Part shown: positions 16,518-31,910 of the stretch, piece after piece
Layout of the letters: each line of letters starts with the position of its first letter
How positions within the stretch are numbered: position 1 is the first letter of the stretch
Assembly: GCA_951406725.2 (NCBI GenBank)
Contig: OX597814.1
Location: 19,592,001 to 19,656,000, forward strand
Reading direction: 5' to 3'
Length of the DNA: 64,000 nt
Source: Octopus vulgaris
Lineage: Eukaryota
The notes under the pieces: generated by a model
The model's input: the letters and a program-made list of their open reading frames with translations, nothing else
Told to the model about the DNA's origin: nothing
The model's database searches: none
Program-made: the position numbers and the translations under genes

Positions 16518-16762
16518 AACATCCAGTCAACATCATGGTGCTTAATGGTGACGTTATGCCTCCATTCATCTTTCCATACGGCCTCACACTCAATACGGAG
16601 GCCTAAAACAAGTGCATGGAGGAGGTAGTGTTACCGTGGGTCAAGAGGGTGGCTGCTAGAGGACCCTATGTCTGGCAACAGGAATCTGCACCATGCTACA
16701 CAAGAAGGAGAACCTAGTCATGGCTGTCAGACAATTTCTACTACCACATAGCCTCTAACATT
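16518..16762 (+). pseudogene. Fragment of the same Tc1/mariner-type transposase, opposite orientation
   Basis: KHPVNIMV..GDVMPPFIFPYGLTLNTEA*..EEVVLPWVKRVAARGPYVWQQESAPCYTRRRT*SWLSDNF. Confidence 0.85.
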
Positions 16763-16944
16763 ATACAACACTGGACTTCTGAAATATGCCTGTATATTTC
16801 TATACATCTACCTATGTAAATGCCCTTGTGTATGTGCACGTGTACGCATGCGTCCGTGTATAACTATATGTAAGCTTGTTTTGGTCATTAGAAGAACTGG
16901 AGAAGAAACAATCCTATAAAAAGGCAATTGGAAAGACAAAGAAT

Positions 16945-17085
16945 ATTCTTCTCTACTCTCGGCATAAAGCCCGAAATTTATGGGGAGAGGGCCAGTCGAT
17001 TAGATGGAACCTAGTACGCAACTGGTACTTAATTACCTTTAAGCATTTCGCCCGGCGTGCTAACGTTTCTACCAACTCGCCGCCT
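16945..17085 (-). mobile_element. Internally deleted SINE family C
   Basis: gcatttcgcccggcgtgctaacgtttctaccaactcgccgcc head. Confidence 0.8.
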
Positions 17086-17483
17086 TAGAAAGACAGACAA
17101 CGAATATTGATGGATCTTCGAATGCTTTGTTGCTAAGATTCTTGAGTTGTTGTTCAGGCTTTAGATAGTAAGCTACCAAGCTATTTGTTTTGCCAGCTAG
17201 GTAGTTGAGTTGTTGGATGGGGAGAGGGAACCACAGCGGATCGTCTGATGGATTAAAAGGGTGGGGACTGGAAAATAACTGACTGACAAATGGATTCATG
17301 TGAGCGGATTCGTTGATGTATTGACATATGTCTGATGGATGGACGGTTAGATGGCTGAATGTTAGATGTATGCATAAATGCATAGACAAATAGACATATA
17401 AAAAAAAGACGTTGTAATCATAGACGAATTGATACACACACACATACATGTATATATATATATAGAGAGAGAGAGAGCGAGAG

Positions 17484-17581
<98 letters not shown>

Positions 17582-17868
17582 AACTTACTTGGAAACGGAT
17601 GCATGGCGTTCAGTATATATATACACGTGCAATGTCCACATATGCTTGTGTATATACGTACATATGTTAGCATGTACATATACGTATGTTTATATGCATA
17701 TATATATATTATATTATTATATATAATTATACATGTGCGTGTGTACGTTATATATATGTATATACATGTGTGTATGTATATATGCATGTATATATATGTA
17801 TATGTGTGTATATATACATACTTATATATATATACACATACACACATATATATATATACATATATACG

Positions 17869-17933
<65 letters not shown>

Positions 17934-18276
17934 GTACGTATATATTCATAGACATATAGGGGGAAAAAAACATCAATTCTTTAACAGAATTCAGAAGAAA
18001 AAGTGATAGATATGTGTAGAAAAAACATTACTTCTTTAACAGAATCTAGGAGAAAAAGTTACTACAGAAGAACGATTGAAGTAAGAAGAGATGAAATACA
18101 AGAACACATAAAAATAATATCACCGATATGGAAATAAAAGAAATACCGTAAAAAATAAGATAGATAGATGCAAACATTCCACAAAAAATATATTTAAAAT
18201 AGTAATCTTTCTACTATAATGTAACGAATGTATGATATAAAAGAATATAACGAGAGGGGATAGTGTCACAAAAGAA

Positions 18277-18322
<46 letters not shown>

Positions 18323-18470
18323 GAGGTGAAAAAGAGAAATACAAAGAGGGAAGATGAAAGGAAGTGTAAAAAAGACAAAAGGTTATGACACCGCTGTGTA
18401 TTCTTTGAGTTGGTAGTTACGAGACCGGAGGCTGTGAAATATGTAGGTATGCTTTTTTACCTTTTAACAC

Positions 18471-18539
<69 letters not shown>

Positions 18540-18596
18540 CATATACATATATATATATACACATATATACATATATGTATATATTCATATATATGC

Positions 18597-18707
<111 letters not shown>

Positions 18708-19092
18708 CATAGTACACAGACATGCTTGTGTAGACTACATCTGTACAAATGTGTATGTGTGTGAGAGTGTGTGTCTGTCTGTGTGTATAGGAATGTGTGT
18801 GTGTATGCGTGAGTGCTTGTTCGTTAGAAAGAGGGATACCTCGAACTAAATAAAAGAACTTAATACTAGTTTACACGAGATTAAACTAGATTTATTGATA
18901 TCTGTTGACAAACGTACAATCTGTTTCGTATTTTATGAGATTTTCAAAACACTGACCAGAGTGTTGTATTGCTGGGTATGTATAGACGAATTTAAGCATG
19001 AATTGTTATCATGAAAGACAGGAAAATAGAGCCAGACCAGCATCTAATATTGTGATTTTAGCCAACGCCAGTTATGAGGATTAAAAGCGCAA

Positions 19093-19250
<158 letters not shown>

Positions 19251-19584
19251 CATAGAGAGAGAGAGAGAGGGGGAGGAAGAGAGATATATATAGATAGACA
19301 CATAAATATAAATATACACACACACACAAATATATATATATATACATACCTATATATGCACATATATATGTGTATGTATATTCGTATGTATGTATATAAA
19401 TCAACACATATATTATATATAAGCATATATATACTTATACATGTATATGAATGGAATGCAACCGGTTTCAGCTCATGAGCTGTGGCCATGCTGGGGCACC
19501 GCTCATATGTATATGTATATGATTTATTATGGGTATGTACCCACAGCTATATAAGTGTATATGTAATCTGATTTATATCACATA

Positions 19585-19711
19585 ATCTCCGAAGAGGCCT
19601 TAGGATATTTTTGTAAATGTCTCATTTATAACTACATATTGACCTACCATAAATGGCTAATATAAGTAAAATGAGACATACTTATCTGCATGGCCGAAAC
19701 AGCTGTAAGAT
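19585..19711 (+). ncRNA. Type I hammerhead motif with CCGAAGA core and long stem II; element runs on to (TA)n at ~19945
   Basis: atct-CCGAAGA-ggcc..atgtctcattt..aaatgagacat..ggcc-GAAA-C-agct-GTA-agat. Confidence 0.72.
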
Positions 19712-19941
19712 GTAGTTTATATTTATATTTATATTTACTTATATTTATATTCTCTTATACATATTGTACTTATTGTATCACATTACTCCTTTATGTACAT
19801 TCCTTTATGTACACTGTTTTGTTCTATATTATTATGTTTGACCTTAAAGTTTCTTATGTGGTGGTTTAATAAAGTATGTGATTGGGTATTATCTGGTAAT
19901 TGATATTTGATTTGGATGTATTTTTCCATTTTCTTATTTTG

Positions 19942-20037
<96 letters not shown>

Positions 20038-20568
20038 GTATGTATGCACATGTAGGCACATCTCACATGTAAGGAACAAAAAATTTGAAATTCGAAAATT
20101 TGGTACAGAATAGAATAAAAGAGTAAGGTCCATTTAGTATATTAGAATTGTGAAATTGGAAGGAAAATAAAGGACCAGAAGACTAGGTTAATTCATTTGA
20201 ATGAATTATCTAAAAATAAACATGTCTAGAATCAAAATTTGAGGCGGTTCCGATCAATTTTCCAGTAATAATCAAAGAATTAAAGAATGAACTATAGAAT
20301 GGTATTTTTAAGTTGAACTTAATGTCTGTGTAAATGTGTATGTGTTTGTATGTGTGTGTGTGTGCGCATGTGTGTGTGTGTGTGTGTGTGCGTGTGTGAG
20401 CGTGTAAAGGTATAAACTCTACGGACATAAAGAAATTCCTGAACTAAATCCAGTAGCATACTGTTGTTGACATCAACTAGATGAATACTGTGGGCGAGCT
20501 TTTAGCACATTGTAAACCCGAATATAAAAATATATAATGATAATATTGATAATAATAATAATAATAAT

Positions 20569-20599
<31 letters not shown>

Positions 20600-20834
20600 G
20601 CAATAATAATAATAATAATAATAGCAGGGACTATAATTCCAAACTTACAGGGAAAAATTCAATTAAGCAATTCTAAATCAAATTTCATAATATATAATAT
20701 ATGTATATAATTAAGAGAAATAACCTATATTAAGTAATTCAATAGTGAAAGACATTATATTATATAGAAAAATTTAAATATACTATAATAAATATTATTT
20801 TTTTAAATCACTAAATTAAATAATCATTAAATTG

Positions 20835-20930
20835 ACTACGTGCGTTTCGTGACTATATCTTTAAATCGATAATAATAAAATAGATACTATTAAAATCAAT
20901 CCGATTTAAAAATATAGCCACTCTTCAGGT
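20835..20930 (-). ncRNA. Type I hammerhead motif with canonical CUGAAGA core
   Basis: Reverse complement: ac-CTGAAGA-gtggctatat.tttaaatcg..cgatttaaa.atatagtcac-GAAA-C-gcac-GTA-gt. Confidence 0.72.
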
Positions 20931-21509
20931 ATAAAATAATAATAAAATGTATAATAATTAACAAATAAATATAGAAATATACGTATATTAACACTAATCG
21001 AATAAAATATAACAATATTACTGAAAAATAAAATCATAACTCACATTGTTGAAGATATGACTCCGACTAAATGTACGGAGTACGAACATCTACACTTCGA
21101 AAAATATATCCGCAAATGTCTTGTGAATTCGTAATAAAAACTGAAAGCATTGGCTACTATCAGATAATTTTATCAACGTAGAATTCCCTAGAATTAGTAA
21201 TTATCCCGTACGTAAAAACTAAGAACTTACTCTTTTTTCGTTCGGTTGCTAAACAAGTAACGTGCTATGAAGAAAAGAATAAAAAGCATACGCATTCCAT
21301 GAATTTCCTTGGAACTGTAATTAATTTAATCTTTTAATAAGTCACATATTGTATCATGCTGTTGATTTCGGAAAAGAAATACAAAGTACAATGCATGATT
21401 ACCACTGGCCAAAAATTTGAAGAACTTCGTAAAATGAATATTTTCTGAATATTTTCCTTTATAGTTCCCTAATATCAAATTCTAATTTCTATTTGCAGAA
21501 ATTTAATTT

Positions 21510-22770
21510 AAAGTGCTACTTAAAGTTTGAAAAAGCAGACGAAGTGCAAAGATAGTTTAAAGGGGCTTTCAAAGAGATCCACCTACACGGCTTAACATCA
21601 CTGGAATTAGAGTTAAATTTGAAGCAGACGGAACTGTTCAGAACGTCTACAAGAGACGTTTCTAAAGACTGTAGACATTGTCGATTCCCACAAAGCAAGA
21701 AAAAGTACTAGAAACTTATTGCCAGAGTTCAAGAAAATATGTGTTGTAAGCGGGTCATATTTTTATTTATTATTTATTTATTTTATTTATTTTCAAGCCT
21801 AGCCAGGATCACGCGCTCGTTTTCCCGGTTTCGATGGCGTATGTGTTCCCCAGATGGACGGAACGCCAGTCCATCGCAGCGATGCTCATTTTTCCCAGCT
21901 GAGTGGACTGGAGCAACGTGAAATGAAGTGTTTTGCTCAAGAACACAACGCATCACACGGTCCAGGAATCGAAACCACAATCTTACGATCATGATGCTGA
22001 TACCCTAACCACTAAACCACGCGTCTCCACAAGCGGGTCATAAGAAATGAATTTTAAAATCAAGTATCTATCCCGTTTGAAACGCTGTCAATGAAAACAC
22101 TACTTTTCATGAGTAGTCCATGCTCTCAACGGAAGTTGTCCGGGTCGAGGAGTGGAGTTTTGCGAATGTTACTTCGCAAGATATGTAGAAGATGCATACT
22201 TTCCATCAAATATTGTTTGGAGTGACGAGGCCGCATTTGAATTGAATAGCTCCATTAACCGCCTCGTTTGCATTTACTGGGGACCTGAGAATCCACATAT
22301 TTCGGAGGAACATCAGGTTAATTTACCTGGCGATCTGGCTTATCATCAAAAAGATTAATTGGGCCATTCTATTGAACCTACAGCAACACTTTGCCATGTC
22401 AAGCATTAAAGAGGACTTTGAATGTGTGCAGTTTTCTTTCCATCGTGATGGTGCTCCCTCTCAATACCATAGTAAAATAATGGACTACCCTGATGAGGTT
22501 TTGCCTGACAGGAGCACTGGAGGAAGATATTCACTATAATACTTTCTGAATTCACCGGACTTCACACCATTAAACAGGGTTTTTTTCTTTTAATGCGAAT
22601 TCTTAAAAGATTAAATTTACGGTAAAAGAAAAAAATCTGCGACTGTGGACGAACTGAGAGCAGCTTTTCAATGAAAATGTACACAACTATCAAAATAAAT
22701 ATTTCTTGATGTTCGCAATTCCTTTGCCCCGAGTTTCAGCTGTGCCTAAACCAGAACAGTTTGGAGTCAG
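21510..22770 (+). pseudogene. Decayed Tc1/mariner-superfamily transposase (DUF4817-type HTH plus DD-D domain), interrupted by a SINE
   Basis: YLKFEKADEVQR*F..QRDPPTRLNITGIRVKFEADGTVQNV; [26 protein letters not shown]; FHRDGAPSQY; SPDFTPL; ATVDELRAAF. Confidence 0.85.
21760..22030 (-). mobile_element. Full-length SINE family B with 12-bp TSD
   Basis: TSD AAGCGGGTCATA at 21748-21759 and 22031-22042; tRNA-like head; (AAAT)n-type tail. Confidence 0.93.
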
Positions 22771-22916
22771 GCAAGAACTGTCAGCAGTTTGAAATGAGGC
22801 ATTTAATAGAAAATATAATACTGTCTGTAGATTGTATTAAATGTATTTTAATAAACATGAACTTTATGATCATCCAATGTATGTTTATTCATGACACCTA
22901 TATGTACATACATAGA

Positions 22917-22966
<50 letters not shown>

Positions 22967-22989
22967 GAGAGAGAGAGAAAGAGAGGAAG

Positions 22990-23185
22990 AGTTCAAATTT
23001 ACTGAAAACTAAAGACGAAGACGGGCGAGGGAACAACAAGAAGGTGAAATAGTTTGACGCTCGGGATGAATGGAAAAGTTTTGATGTTTCGAGCCTACGT
23101 TCTTCGACAGAGATGAATGAGAGGAAGAAAAATTGACAGAAAACGAAAAAAAAAAACGAAGAGAGAAACGAATGGGTAGAGTAAG
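22990..23185 (-). mobile_element. CUGUNGA hammerhead-like element copy (motif 23079-23114)
   Basis: Reverse complement: CTGTCGA-a-gaac-gtag-gctc-GAAA-ca-tc. Confidence 0.65.
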
Positions 23186-23709
23186 GGAATCAGAACCCTT
23201 TACCAACACCATAACAACCACAGAAGAACACACAAGAAAAAAAATCATAAAATCTTACGATCAACAACCACCATTCTTAACCATTACTAACTTATATTTA
23301 CATTGTAATGTACATTTGAAAGCTCAAGGAATATTATTAATAATATATACATACGTTTACCTGTAGACTTTGAAAAATATGTGTATCACTTCTAGTATGT
23401 GCAAATGTATCATGTTTCGTTGTATGAATAACAGCAAACTATGATAAAAAATAGTATAAAAGCTGCTTTATAAATGCTTAAGTATGGATTTGTCCACGTG
23501 TGTGCATATGTGTATGTGTGTATGGAAAGATTTTACCTGGACGTAGGTATTTTTTTACTTCCTTTTTCTTCATTTTTTATTTGGTTTGTGGAAGATTTTT
23601 TTTCTTGTCTTCTAGTAAGTTGAAAGAGTTTGACAATACTAACATGGCTGTGATTACTATATAGAGTATATAGATTGCCTGCATATGTACATGTGTTTAT
23701 GTGTATATG

Positions 23710-23751
<42 letters not shown>

Positions 23752-24210
23752 TATCTGTGTGTGTTCGTGTGCTTGTGTATGTATGTATATAGGTGTGTAT
23801 GCATTTCTACACTACGTAAATATATACATATATATATATATACGCATGTGCAAGCAATGTAAATAGATATCTAAAAAAACAAATAGGAGTTTAAGAGGAA
23901 GAATTACTGTACAAACGTTGTCAAAGATGAAACTAAATAGATTTTCATTGTAGACTGTTCTTTACCTAAGGATTTTGTTTTCATCTCTTTTCTTTTGTCA
24001 CCGACAAACACATGAGCATACACGTATGTGCGAACACAGTGACACACGTACATATACGTATGCATATACATACATACATACATACATTCATACATATATA
24101 TATGTATATGCGCACACACATTCTTACATACACACATGCGATACTCTTATACTCAACCAAATACGCAGGCACAAAAAGCATATGTGCGTGTGTATGTGTA
24201 TGTATGTACG

Positions 24211-24325
<115 letters not shown>

Positions 24326-24935
24326 ATATATATTCTTTTATTCTTTTATGTATACGTATATATATGCATATGAATGTATACTTGCATGTATATTTGTATA
24401 CATGAATGTACACATATGTACATGCATATTTATATATATATATTTATATATTCATAACATGCATAATTGTTCATATGTGTATGTGTGTGAATGTGTATAC
24501 ATATATACACACAGACTCATACATGCATACCTACATACAGACACAGATATCTGGATATGCATTTATGCGTATGTGACATAAACCTGTTTTTTTTTCCATA
24601 TGATTATGCGTATGAAAGTAAAAAAAACGTGTGAAAGATATTTAAAAAAACAGTATGAAATATAACACATCTTATGTAGAATGAAAAAAAATTATAAATA
24701 TTAAAAAAATATCAACAATATTACAAGATGTTAGTATGATCAAACAAGCATCTAAGGAATATTTTACTATAGAAAACTGTTGCGAGTAGGTTTCTTTTCT
24801 TCTTAACGCCATTTTTTTTGTCCCTACGCCATTTATTTTTTATGTATTATTACTGTTTTATTATTTTTTTTAAAAAGTAACGTTTTAGAGAAATAGGAAA
24901 TGCAAGTAAAACTATGTATATGATACAAAAAATAC

Positions 24936-25128
<193 letters not shown>

Positions 25129-25740
25129 TGATATTAATAATGATAATAAATTGTATCCATGAACGATTTCTATTGCGGAAATAACATCTGATATCAAATA
25201 ACGTTTTTGTGGCTTTATAGGTAAGTCGATGCGAAGTTGTATCGAATATGATGAGTATTGCTATAAGACACCCCGCTTCGATAGCAAGACCTATGTCATT
25301 GAAGTTTTTATCAAAATTATTCTCATTCACACGGGAAAAAAATGATGAGTGTGTGTGTGTGTAGATAGGTATGCGTTTGCATGTGTGTATGTGTGTGTGT
25401 AAGTATAGGTTTTTCTTCGAGACTATTTGAGTTCTTCAAATAATTCAAGGCGGTCACTAACAAAGCGACAAGACTCTTCTGTGCTTCTGTCAAGTCAGTT
25501 TCAAAGATTTGTGAATATATGAGTTGTGGTGTGTGTATAGAGGCAGGTGTAAGTGCATATACGCTTGCACTCATGAGATATGTGTGTGTTTCAAATACAT
25601 ACATGTATGTGTGTGCGCGCTTGTGTGCTTCCTCTGCATGTGAACATTTATGCGACGCGCTCTTGTATTTGTACGCCGTATGTGCATATGCATGCATACT
25701 TGTATGTATATATATATATATATGTATGTATTATGTACAT

Positions 25741-26114
25741 AGGCGCAGGAGTGGCTGTGTGGTAAGTAGCTTGCTTACCAACCACATGGTTCCGGGTTCA
25801 GTCCCACTGCGTGGCACCTTAGGCAAGTGTCTTCTACTATAGCCTCGGAGTGGATTTAGTAGACGGAAACTGAAAGAAGCCCGTGTATATATATATGTAT
25901 AAATATGCATGTATATGCTTGTATGTCTGTGTTTGTCCCCCCAACATCTCTTGGCAACCGATGCTGGTTACGTCCCCGTCACTTAGTGGTTCGGTAAAAG
26001 TGCCCAATAGTATTAGTACTAGGCTTACAAAGAATAAGTCCTGGGGTCGCTTTGTTCGACTAAAGGCGGTGCTCCAGCATGGCCGCAGTCAAACGACTGA
26101 AACAAGTAAAAGAG
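25741..26114 (+). mobile_element. SINE family A; an older diverged copy follows at ~26218-26590
   Basis: Head aggcgcaggagtggctgtgtggtaag through tail gtaaaagagt. Confidence 0.9.
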
Positions 26115-26717
26115 TATATGTATGTATATATGTATGATTGTATGTATGTATGTATGTATGTATGTATGTATGTATGTATGTATGTATGTATGTATGTATG
26201 CATGTATGTATAAACACTGGCATGAATATGCAGTTAAAAAATTGGCTTTGCTGCCACGCGGTTTAAGTTTCAGTCCCATTGCGTTGCCCCATGGACAAGT
26301 ATCGTTTACTATAGCTTCAAGCTGAACAATGCTATGTGAGTAAATCTGACAGACGAAAATTGCGTGGAAAACAGTCGTGTGTGTGTATGTGAGTGTGTGT
26401 ATGTGTATGTGTCTGTCCACTCGATTGCTTGACAACCAACCGGTGCTGGTATGTTTACATCGCTGTGAATTAACGGTTGAGTAAAACAAAATACATGGAA
26501 TAATACCAGATGTAAAAATAAGTACTGAAGTCATTTTTTTTTTCTCAGCACGGCCGCATTTCAATAACTGATGCAAGTAAAAAATAAGAAAAGAAGGTCG
26601 AATGGACGAATACCGAAGGATAACGGTGATATGAAGTTAAGCTTTAACTTCAGATCAATGAAACAAATAACCTCTAAAACAGAAATGACTGCAATAGTTG
26701 ATACACACACACACAGC

Positions 26718-27402
<685 letters not shown>

Positions 27403-27404
27403 GC

Positions 27405-27735
27405 TGGCTCTCCGACGGTTACGACGATGATGGTTCTAGTTTATCTGATCAACAGAACAGCCTGCTCGTGAAATTAACTTGCAAGTGGCTAAGCACTCCA
27501 CAGACACATATACCCTTAAAGTGGTACTCGGCGGGGTGGGGCGATTCAGCATGACACGGAGTGTGAAAAGGCTGATCCTTTTGAAATGCAGGTGCAACTA
27601 ATACTTGCTAGCTGAATGGATTGGAGAAATGTGAAATAAAGTGTCTTGCTCAAAAACAGAACGCGTCGCCGGGAATTGATCTCACAGACCTACGATCGTG
27701 AGCCGAACGCCCTAACCACTTAGCCACGCGCCTTC
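27405..27735 (-). mobile_element. tRNA-derived SINE, family B head with the 52128-type tail
   Basis: ccctaaccacttagccacgcgccttc head; ctccgacggttacgacga tail. Confidence 0.82.
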
Positions 27736-28475
27736 AATATATATATATATGTGTGTGTGCGTGTATGTGTGTGTGTTTGTGTGCGTGTATACATACATAC
27801 ATACATACATACATACATACATACATACATACATAAATACATACATACATACATACATACATACATACATAAATACATACATACATACATACATAAATAC
27901 ATACATACATACATACATACATACATAAATACATACATACATACATACATAAATACATACATGCATACACGTATATTTGTATATTATACTCTTCTGAAAA
28001 TCTAACGTGAAACCGGTATTGTGTATTCCAATATTTTAGAATATAGTTAAATTTCTCATTTATTCTAATATATTCTCTGTACATTTTCAGCTTCATCTCC
28101 AATATTCCTCCACTAGTTTGGATTAATTATATATTAAGTGTATGATTAAGTCATAGAAAGAACTACTACAAATCATGTTTGTCAAAAATGGAGGAGATAA
28201 GGTGTTAAAAAGTTTTAAGAAGTTTATTCATACAGACGATCGTACCGAACATAGATATAAAAATTCGTTTTCAGAATCTGAAATTATCAAAGTACTCATC
28301 AGCGCAGAATAAATAAGAACTTTAAAAATATAGCTAAGAAGTTGGACTTTTGAGTTTCATGTCTATTTGTTCCTATTCATGTGTAATAGTCATAGGAGTC
28401 ATGTCAATTTTGAAACCACAGCTAACGAACGACGGTTAGGGGATAACATAAATATAGAAATATATTCCTTTATTC

Positions 28476-28872
28476 ATTTACTTGCTTCAGTCATTTGACT
28501 GCGGCCATGCTAGAGCACCGCCTTAAGTCAAGGAAATCGACCCCAGGACTTATTATTTGTAAGCCTAGTACTTATTCTATCGGTCTCTTTTGCCGAACCG
28601 CTAAGTTACGGGGACATAAACACACCAGCATCGGTTGTCAAGCGATGTTGGGGGAGGGGGACAAATGCAACACACAAACATACACACATATATATATATA
28701 CATATATACGACGGGCTTCTTTCAGTTTCCGTCTACCAAATCCACTCACAAGGCTTTGGTCGGCCCGAAACTAGAACAGAAGACACTTGCCCAAGGTGCC
28801 ACGCAGTGGGACTGAACTCGGAACCATATGGTTCGTAAGCAAACTACTTACCACACAGCCACTCCTACACCT
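28476..28872 (-). mobile_element. Full-length SINE family A
   Basis: Reverse complement of consensus. Confidence 0.92.
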
Positions 28873-29084
28873 ATATAGATAACTTTCTGTCTATAGATTA
28901 ATACAGATTAGCTAATTATAACTCCATATATGAAGCATAGGGCGAGTGAGGTGGAGAAAAGTTCAGTGAGAATACGGAACCTAATGTAAATTATATCTCA
29001 CCGTTGAAAACAATATTTAGTATTTTTTTTTCTTAAAATCAGAAAAGATGATAAAAGTTTCGCATAAATTATTAGGTGTGTAAA

Positions 29085-29597
29085 TCTATATATATAAAAC
29101 TGTAGTTGTGTGAGTGTCTGTCCCCTTCGATTTAGATTCCTAACTACTCCCACATTTTGCGGTGCAGTTTAACCAAATTCGGGTATCTTATAGTCGTGAT
29201 TCATATCGAGCCCGTCTGAGTATTAGCGCGCGTCTACGATGAGTCTACGATTTAAAAAATAATTTAACATAATTTTTTATTCCATTTTAATGCATAATTT
29301 TTCGTGTGTCGATGGCGGCGGAGTTGGCGTCCATGGTCACACCTGCACCTGTTTGCTTCTCCCCCTTCTTCCCTCCCTCGTGAAGCTGTGGGCAAGGGAG
29401 TGTAAGGAAATCAACGTCGTAAAGCGTTGTGAAGGAGACCAGCGTTCTTTTAGAACAACGACTTCATGGCTTGAAGACACCAAAACAGAAATGGCTAAGA
29501 AAGCCCGAATTGGCATCTATAAGGGAAGTAACTCTCTAAAAATGCTTATATAGTTATTTCCCTTACAAACCCGAGCAACGCCGGGCGATACTGCTAG
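29085..29597 (+). mobile_element. Non-autonomous Helitron
   Basis: 5' TC (a|tctatatatataaa); 3' hairpin cccgagcaacgccggg then CTAG|t; inserted between A and T with no TSD; same termini as 56445-56828. Confidence 0.88.
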
Positions 29598-29986
29598 TCT
29601 TATAATAAAAAGCTTATGTAGTCAATGTACCAGAAGAAAAAAAAATTGATAGAATGTTGTGGAAGATCATTATGGATTCTTGTTTACTAAAATAGAAATA
29701 ATTGAGAATATAAGGATAAGTGGGGAAATACGATAAAAAATATGAAGATTAAGGAGGTATTATACTTACGAAGTCCACTGTTAAGAAAACTAAAAAAATA
29801 TCTATAGAAAAGTATCTACGCCAATTTACACCAGTAAATTCTCAGTAAATTATGAAGAATCAACGTTAGAAATCATTTTGGAAACCACTCCAATTAAAAC
29901 CGAAACCACATTCAACCCTTTATACACACACACATACACACATATATATATCCGTGTGTATTTATATATATGTCTGTGTGTGTATT

Positions 29987-30028
<42 letters not shown>

Positions 30029-30066
30029 GATGTCTGTGTGTGTATTTATGTACATTATATATATAT

Positions 30067-30761
30067 TACAATTAATAAGAGGAATGACCACTTAAGTGGA
30101 ATCCTATACGCTAGAAATAGACGTCAAATCGCCTTAACACAAAGAGTGTGTTCTCAAGAAAAAAAAACCCAGCAAATACCAAAATGTAAAATAATAAGCA
30201 AGGCAAATGAAAGTTTACAAATTAAAACATTTACTTACGTATCATGATTTCATTATTAATGCTTGCAAAACGCAAGATGCAAGATGCAAAATACAAGATG
30301 CAAGTATCTGTAAGTCCTCAGCATAGTCTGTCGTATTTCAAAACATATTTCAAAGAGCTATGCACAGAAACGTTTTCCCGAAAGAAAACTCATGTACAGT
30401 TCTACAAAATATATTTGTGGTGTATTTCAAATGCCTTCACTTTGGCGCGCTAGTGCCGGAAAACAACCCTGCAGATAATGAATTACCGCAGTTAATTCAC
30501 CAGTTTGAGAACATTGCTATTTTAAATTAAAATGCTGAGGGTAGAAATTTATATGAACCAATTAACATCAATTTAAACCAGTGGTCTAGTATATTAAAAA
30601 AAAATCCGAAGATTTAAAATTATACTACAATTAATAAGAGGAATGACCACTTGAGTGGAATCCTATACGCTAGAAATAGACGTCAAATCGCCTTACCACA
30701 AAGAGTGTGTTCTCAAGAAGAAAAAAAACAGCAAACGCCAAAATGTAAAATAATAAGCAAG
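30067..30761. repeat. 136-bp direct repeats (30067-30202, 30626-30761), 559 bp apart
   Basis: tacaattaataagaggaatgaccactt...aaaatgtaaaataataagcaag present twice with a few substitutions. Confidence 0.9.
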
Positions 30762-31702
30762 TACTACCCTCAGTACTTATCTATTTTTATATATATAGAC
30801 GAATGTATATATGTATGTATGCATGTAATATTAATAATATAATTGTTTATATATATGTATAAAACTTAGATATGTTTCGACCAATTAGTTTTGGGGCAAT
30901 GTTAAACAGGGCAGGGCCTGTTGAGGAAAAGAAATTATGTCGCAGTGTACCTATATACTGTGATCTTGAATTGGGCAGGAGACGTTTGGCCCGTGGTCCC
31001 AAGCCTTGGATGAACCTTGAAACTAATGCTCAGGTCATTTGGGCAATATATATATATGCGAAATCGAAATGATGGCGTCAAATTCAGACAAATTCATGGA
31101 GAAATGCAAGGTGTTTTAGCAGATGTTTTAATACCTAATGAAATGCATTGCGTGTTCATTCCCATTCAGTGCGCTCTGAGTTCAAACTCCACCAAGATCA
31201 ACATTCTTTTTCTTCTTTCATGTTCAATATGAAAATTACCAATCTAGAGCAGAAGAATGGCGGAATTAGAAGAACGTGTGACCCAATACATTCTAGTATT
31301 TATTCCGCTTCACTGAATTTTCTGTTCAAATTCTGCTATGATCAACAGCAGTTAGCGCAAACGTTGCCAGTCTTCAGTTTTAGGATATCTATCAACCACT
31401 CGCTAGTGCTTGGCCCTGTATAGTGTCATGACCACTAAGTTTTATTCCTAGCCAAATGATAATACAAATACGTACATTCATATCCGTATATGTGTCTGTG
31501 TGTGCGTTTGTCGGACAGTCTAATTGTCAGCCTTTACCTATTAAAACCTTAAACTTAATAAACATGTATTCTACTACAAAGTATTCAATAATCCTTTTGT
31601 TTAATAAGTTGTTTATATATATATATATATATATTTGTTTACTTATTTATTTATTTATTTCATCTAGTTTCAGCTCACGAGCTGTGGCCATGCTGGGGAA
31701 CC

Positions 31703-31739
<37 letters not shown>

Positions 31740-31827
31740 GTAAATTGAGATCAGAACAAACATTAACATGTATGTATCATGTGTGTATATGCGTACGTAT
31801 ATATATGTATATATATATATATATATA

Positions 31828-31863
<36 letters not shown>

Positions 31864-31877
31864 TGTGTGTAAATAAT

Positions 31878-31910
<33 letters not shown>

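Noticed and set aside
22490-22500. CTGATGAG motif
   Set aside because: Lies within transposase coding remnant; no downstream stem plus GAAA
30866-31045. Minus-strand gacc/ggtc stem plus GAAACATAT, perhaps a decayed hammerhead
   Set aside because: 5' core unrecognisable and cleavage triplet disrupted
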